NCBI RefSeq assembly: GCF_006345805.1
Contig: NC_043025.1
Location: 12,524,001-12,588,000, forward strand
Length of the DNA stretch: 64,000 nt
Direction of reading: 5' to 3'
Source: Octopus sinensis
Lineage: Eukaryota
The stretch's first letter is position 1. Each line of letters begins with the position of its first letter. This document shows, piece by piece, positions 61,027 through 64,000 of this stretch. The notes below the pieces were generated by a model, which saw only the letters and a program-made list of their open reading frames with translations, was not told the origin of the DNA and did not search any database. The position numbers were made by a program, and so were the translations under genes.

Positions 61027-61159
61027 GATTCTTCTTCTTCTTCTTCTTATTATTATTATTATTATTTCTGCTTTTTTGTTCTTTCTTCCTACACGTAACC
61101 AGGTTGCCGTCCCTGGGAGATATAAACAAACTGGTTCCTGATCGTCCCCAAAAAACAGA

Positions 61160-61400
61160 CAATCCGGACGTGACACAAAACTAGAAATACATCAATTCGC
61201 TACTTAACACATCCAGTAGGCCAGCAGGGAGTCGTAGCATGCTTGGATCCCCTTTCTGATTTCCTGGTCCCCACAAACAGAAACCGAGACGATGTCACGG
61301 TGAAACATGACCAAATCAAAAATGTACGCCCTCCGGAAGTTGCTCTTAGGTTATCTCCCCTACTTAAATACCCGCTGCTTCCTGTTTTCATCACGTGATG
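61160..61400 (-). promoter_or_regulatory. Putative TBCK promoter / 5' leader
   Basis: Non-repetitive and CpG-containing. CCGGAAGT (ETS-type) at 61333-61340, CTTCCTGT at 61378-61385, palindromic CATCACGTGATG (E-box/CLEAR-like) at 61389-61400, GACGTGAC at 61167-61174. Confidence 0.5.
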
Positions 61401-61589
61401 TTTACACTATTTGAAGGCGTGGCTGTTTAACCCTCGGTCAGGGCCGATCCAGCAGCCCTACGACAAAAAGGATAGCAGTTAGTGCTCGTCTCGTCCTTCG
61501 TCGGGGGAATTCTGGTATGGGCACCCTTAAAGCACCCCCATTACTCTATTTTTTTTAGAATTTTCTGGAAACTTTTACGAATTTGTGTT

Positions 61590-62305
61590 CTACAGACGGG
61601 GTCGATTAAATAAATACCAGTTACGCGCTGGGGTCGATAGAATCGACATAACCCCTTTGTCTGTCCTTGTTTGTCCCCTCTGTATTTGACCCCTTGTGAG
61701 CAATAAAGAAATAGGTATTTCGTCTGCGGTTACAATCTGAGTTCAAATTCCGCCAAGGTCGACTTTGCCTTTCATCCTTTCGGGGTCGATAAATTAAGTA
61801 CCAGTTACGCACTGGGGTCGATATAATCGACATAACCTCTTTGTCTGTCCTTGTTTGTCCCCTCTGTGTTTGGCCTCTTGTGGGTAGTAAAGAAATAGGT
61901 ATTTAGTCTGCCGCTACGTTCTGAGATCAAATTCCGCCGAGGCCGGCTTTGCCTTTCATCCTTTCGGGGTCGATTAAATAAATACCAGTTACGCACTGGG
62001 GCCGATATAATCGACTTAATACCTATGTCTGTCCCCTCTGTGTTTAGCCCCTCGTGGGTAGTAAAGAAATATTTATTTCGTCTGTCTTTACGTTCTGAGA
62101 TCAAATTCCGCCGAGGTCGACTTTGCCTTTCATCCTTTCGGGGTCGATTAAATAAGTACCAGTTACGCACTGGGGTCGATGTAATCGACTTAACTCGTTT
62201 GTCTGTCCTTGTTTGTCCCCTCCATGTTTAGCCCCTTGTGGGTCGTGAAGGAATAGGCATTTCGTCTGTCTTTACGTTCTGAGTTCAAATTCCGCCGAGG
62301 TCGAC
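61590..62305 (+). repeat. 4 x ~180-bp tandem of SINE family B body
   Basis: cggggtcgat anchors at ~61597, 61781, 61964, 62139; family copies at 20417-20650 and 24296-24760. Confidence 0.8.
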
Positions 62306-63134
62306 TATAATTTCTATTTGATTTTTATTTTGATGTTTCAAGTTGATGTACTTGACTCAATAAGTCTCCTCAAGCACAGCAGGTACCCCCTACGATCCAA
62401 GGTAAGCACAGTAGGCCGTCATTTGTCGGGTCTTCGCAGTCACAGCATATCTCCAAAGGGTCTCGGTCGAATCGTTGCCTCTGTGAGGCCCAACATTCGA
62501 AGGTCGTTTTTTTAAAAACCCAGTACTTATTTTATTGCTCTCTTTTTGCCAAAATGCTACGTTACAGGGATGGGAACACACCAACACCAACTGCGAAGCG
62601 GTGGTGGGGCACAAACACAGACAGAAAGACATAGATATGTACACATGAAGGACTTTTTAAAATCAGTTTTTCTTTTCTTTGGTTCAGAAAGAAATAGAAG
62701 TTATTTCCCTTCATCCGTTAATTCATTTGAACCCTCAACACGCGTGACACAGGCCTTGGTTCTGTCAACAAAATTTCTCTTTTGACCCTTGACCTATTTC
62801 ATATTGAAACTGGCCACATCCAGCCTCTCACACTTGCTCTACAATGTCATTCTAAAAAAAAAAACAATCACATAATAGAAACCTCAAAGCTATGAGCAGG
62901 ATCAATTCAAAATAATGTGAACAAACATGTACAGGTGTGGCTGTGTGGTAAGTAGCTTGCTTACCAAACACATGATTCCGGGTTCAGTCCCACTGCATGG
63001 CACCTTGGGCAAGTGTCTTCTACTATGGCCTGGGCCGACCAAAGCCTTGAGAGCGGATTTGGTACACAGAAGCTGAAAGAAGCCCGTCGTGTATGTGTGT
63101 ATGTATCTGTGTGTATATATATATATATATATAT

Positions 63135-63165
<31 letters not shown>

Positions 63166-63437
63166 CCGGAGTAAACACAAATGTGAAACAAGGTGGAAAA
63201 AAGAGTACTCAAATACCAGGGGTAGAGTAATATGCTTTATTTAAAAGCAGCAGAAAATTCAACAAAACCTGTTTACTCGGAGTTTCACGTTCCCGTTCGT
63301 CGGACAGTCCGACGAACGGACTTTTAAATAAGTGTGTGTATATATATATATTATATATATATAATATATATATATATATATAGGCTACATTTCGTAACCA
63401 GATATATACACATACATACACACACATATATAGATGT

Positions 63438-63471
<34 letters not shown>

Positions 63472-63531
63472 TATATACATCATACACTCACATATATATA
63501 CTAAATAATACATACATATATATATATATGG

Positions 63532-63715
63532 TACTACTAGCGAACATTGTACCCGTGCGCGCACCCCCACTAGCTAGTCATGACTAGTCGATCCGTAATT
63601 CGTGTTTTTGTGTGTTATTTACTATGCTACGTAGTCGTTGTAGGATCGTCTAGTCACGAGTAGCTTAGCGCAGAAGCACGAGTGCGCGCACCGGGACCAC
63701 TGCTTGCTAGTAGTA
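63532..63715. mobile_element. CpG-rich palindromic MITE (long imperfect TIRs)
   Basis: tactactag..gtgcgcgcac..ctagtcgatcc / ggatcg..gtgcgcgcaccgggaccac..ctagtagta; same arm triplicated at 40104-40356. Confidence 0.6.
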
Positions 63716-63722
63716 TACCTAT

Positions 63723-63753
<31 letters not shown>

Positions 63754-64000
63754 TACATATATATAATATATATATATATATATATACAACGGGCTTGTTT
63801 CAGTTTCGTCCTCAGGTCCACTCACGGGACTTTGGTCGGCCCGGAGCGATATCAGGCAGACACCTGTGCCCGAACTCGTGACCATGTGATTGGGAAAGCC
63901 AACGTCTTACCCTTTCAGCCACGATACATAGAGATAGAGACACTTTTTGTACACAAACAGAAAGTTCCACCCATCAAAGACACGATAAGAACGGTTTTTA

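Noticed and set aside
61027-61176. N-terminal extension of TBCK predicted by the ORF track
   Set aside because: Non-ATG start running through an (AAT)n(AAG)n tract; homology begins at ATG 61026.
62343-62401. + strand exon candidate (VDVLDSISLLKHSRYPLRSK, ag/gtaagc)
   Set aside because: Sequence matches the RTE 3' region seen at ~47820 and 18060 (tacttgactcaa..ctcaagcacagc); no partner exon found.
63900-64000. Minus-strand GTAAGA donor as TMEM199 exon 1
   Set aside because: Lies in an error-rich degenerate SINE A head; the upstream frame shows no TMEM199 similarity.

Overview
AT-rich, microsatellite- and TE-saturated animal DNA. The repeat landscape suggests an octopod cephalopod (inference, no database check). 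Three minus-strand genes lie in tandem. (1) A complete LZTR1 orthologue reconstructed by hand: 22 coding exons at 1616-40668, all GT-AG with compatible phases, 2337 nt / 778 aa. (2) A 5'-incomplete TMEM199/VMA12 orthologue: 5 exons at 46138-53729, first coding exon not found. (3) An intronless TBCK (pseudokinase-TBC-rhodanese, 58355-61026) broken by a single 1-nt deletion at 59347-59348, most likely a consensus error, with ETS and CLEAR-like E-box motifs upstream. About 14 kb (~22%) is tandem arrays, nearly all built from a recognisable TE fragment (mariner, RTE, CR1, SINE, pogo-like or piggyBac-like MITE). For two families a 2-unit copy with the same junction sits elsewhere in the window. Also present: non-autonomous Helitrons, a Merlin-like MITE with an 8-bp TSD, telomeric filler at LINE-array junctions, and inverted (TG)/(CA) elements bracketing two TMEM199 exons. 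Scattered single-base indels suggest an imperfectly polished long-read consensus. No tRNA/rRNA gene or CRISPR array is supported. All homology calls are from recalled protein sequences, not from searches.
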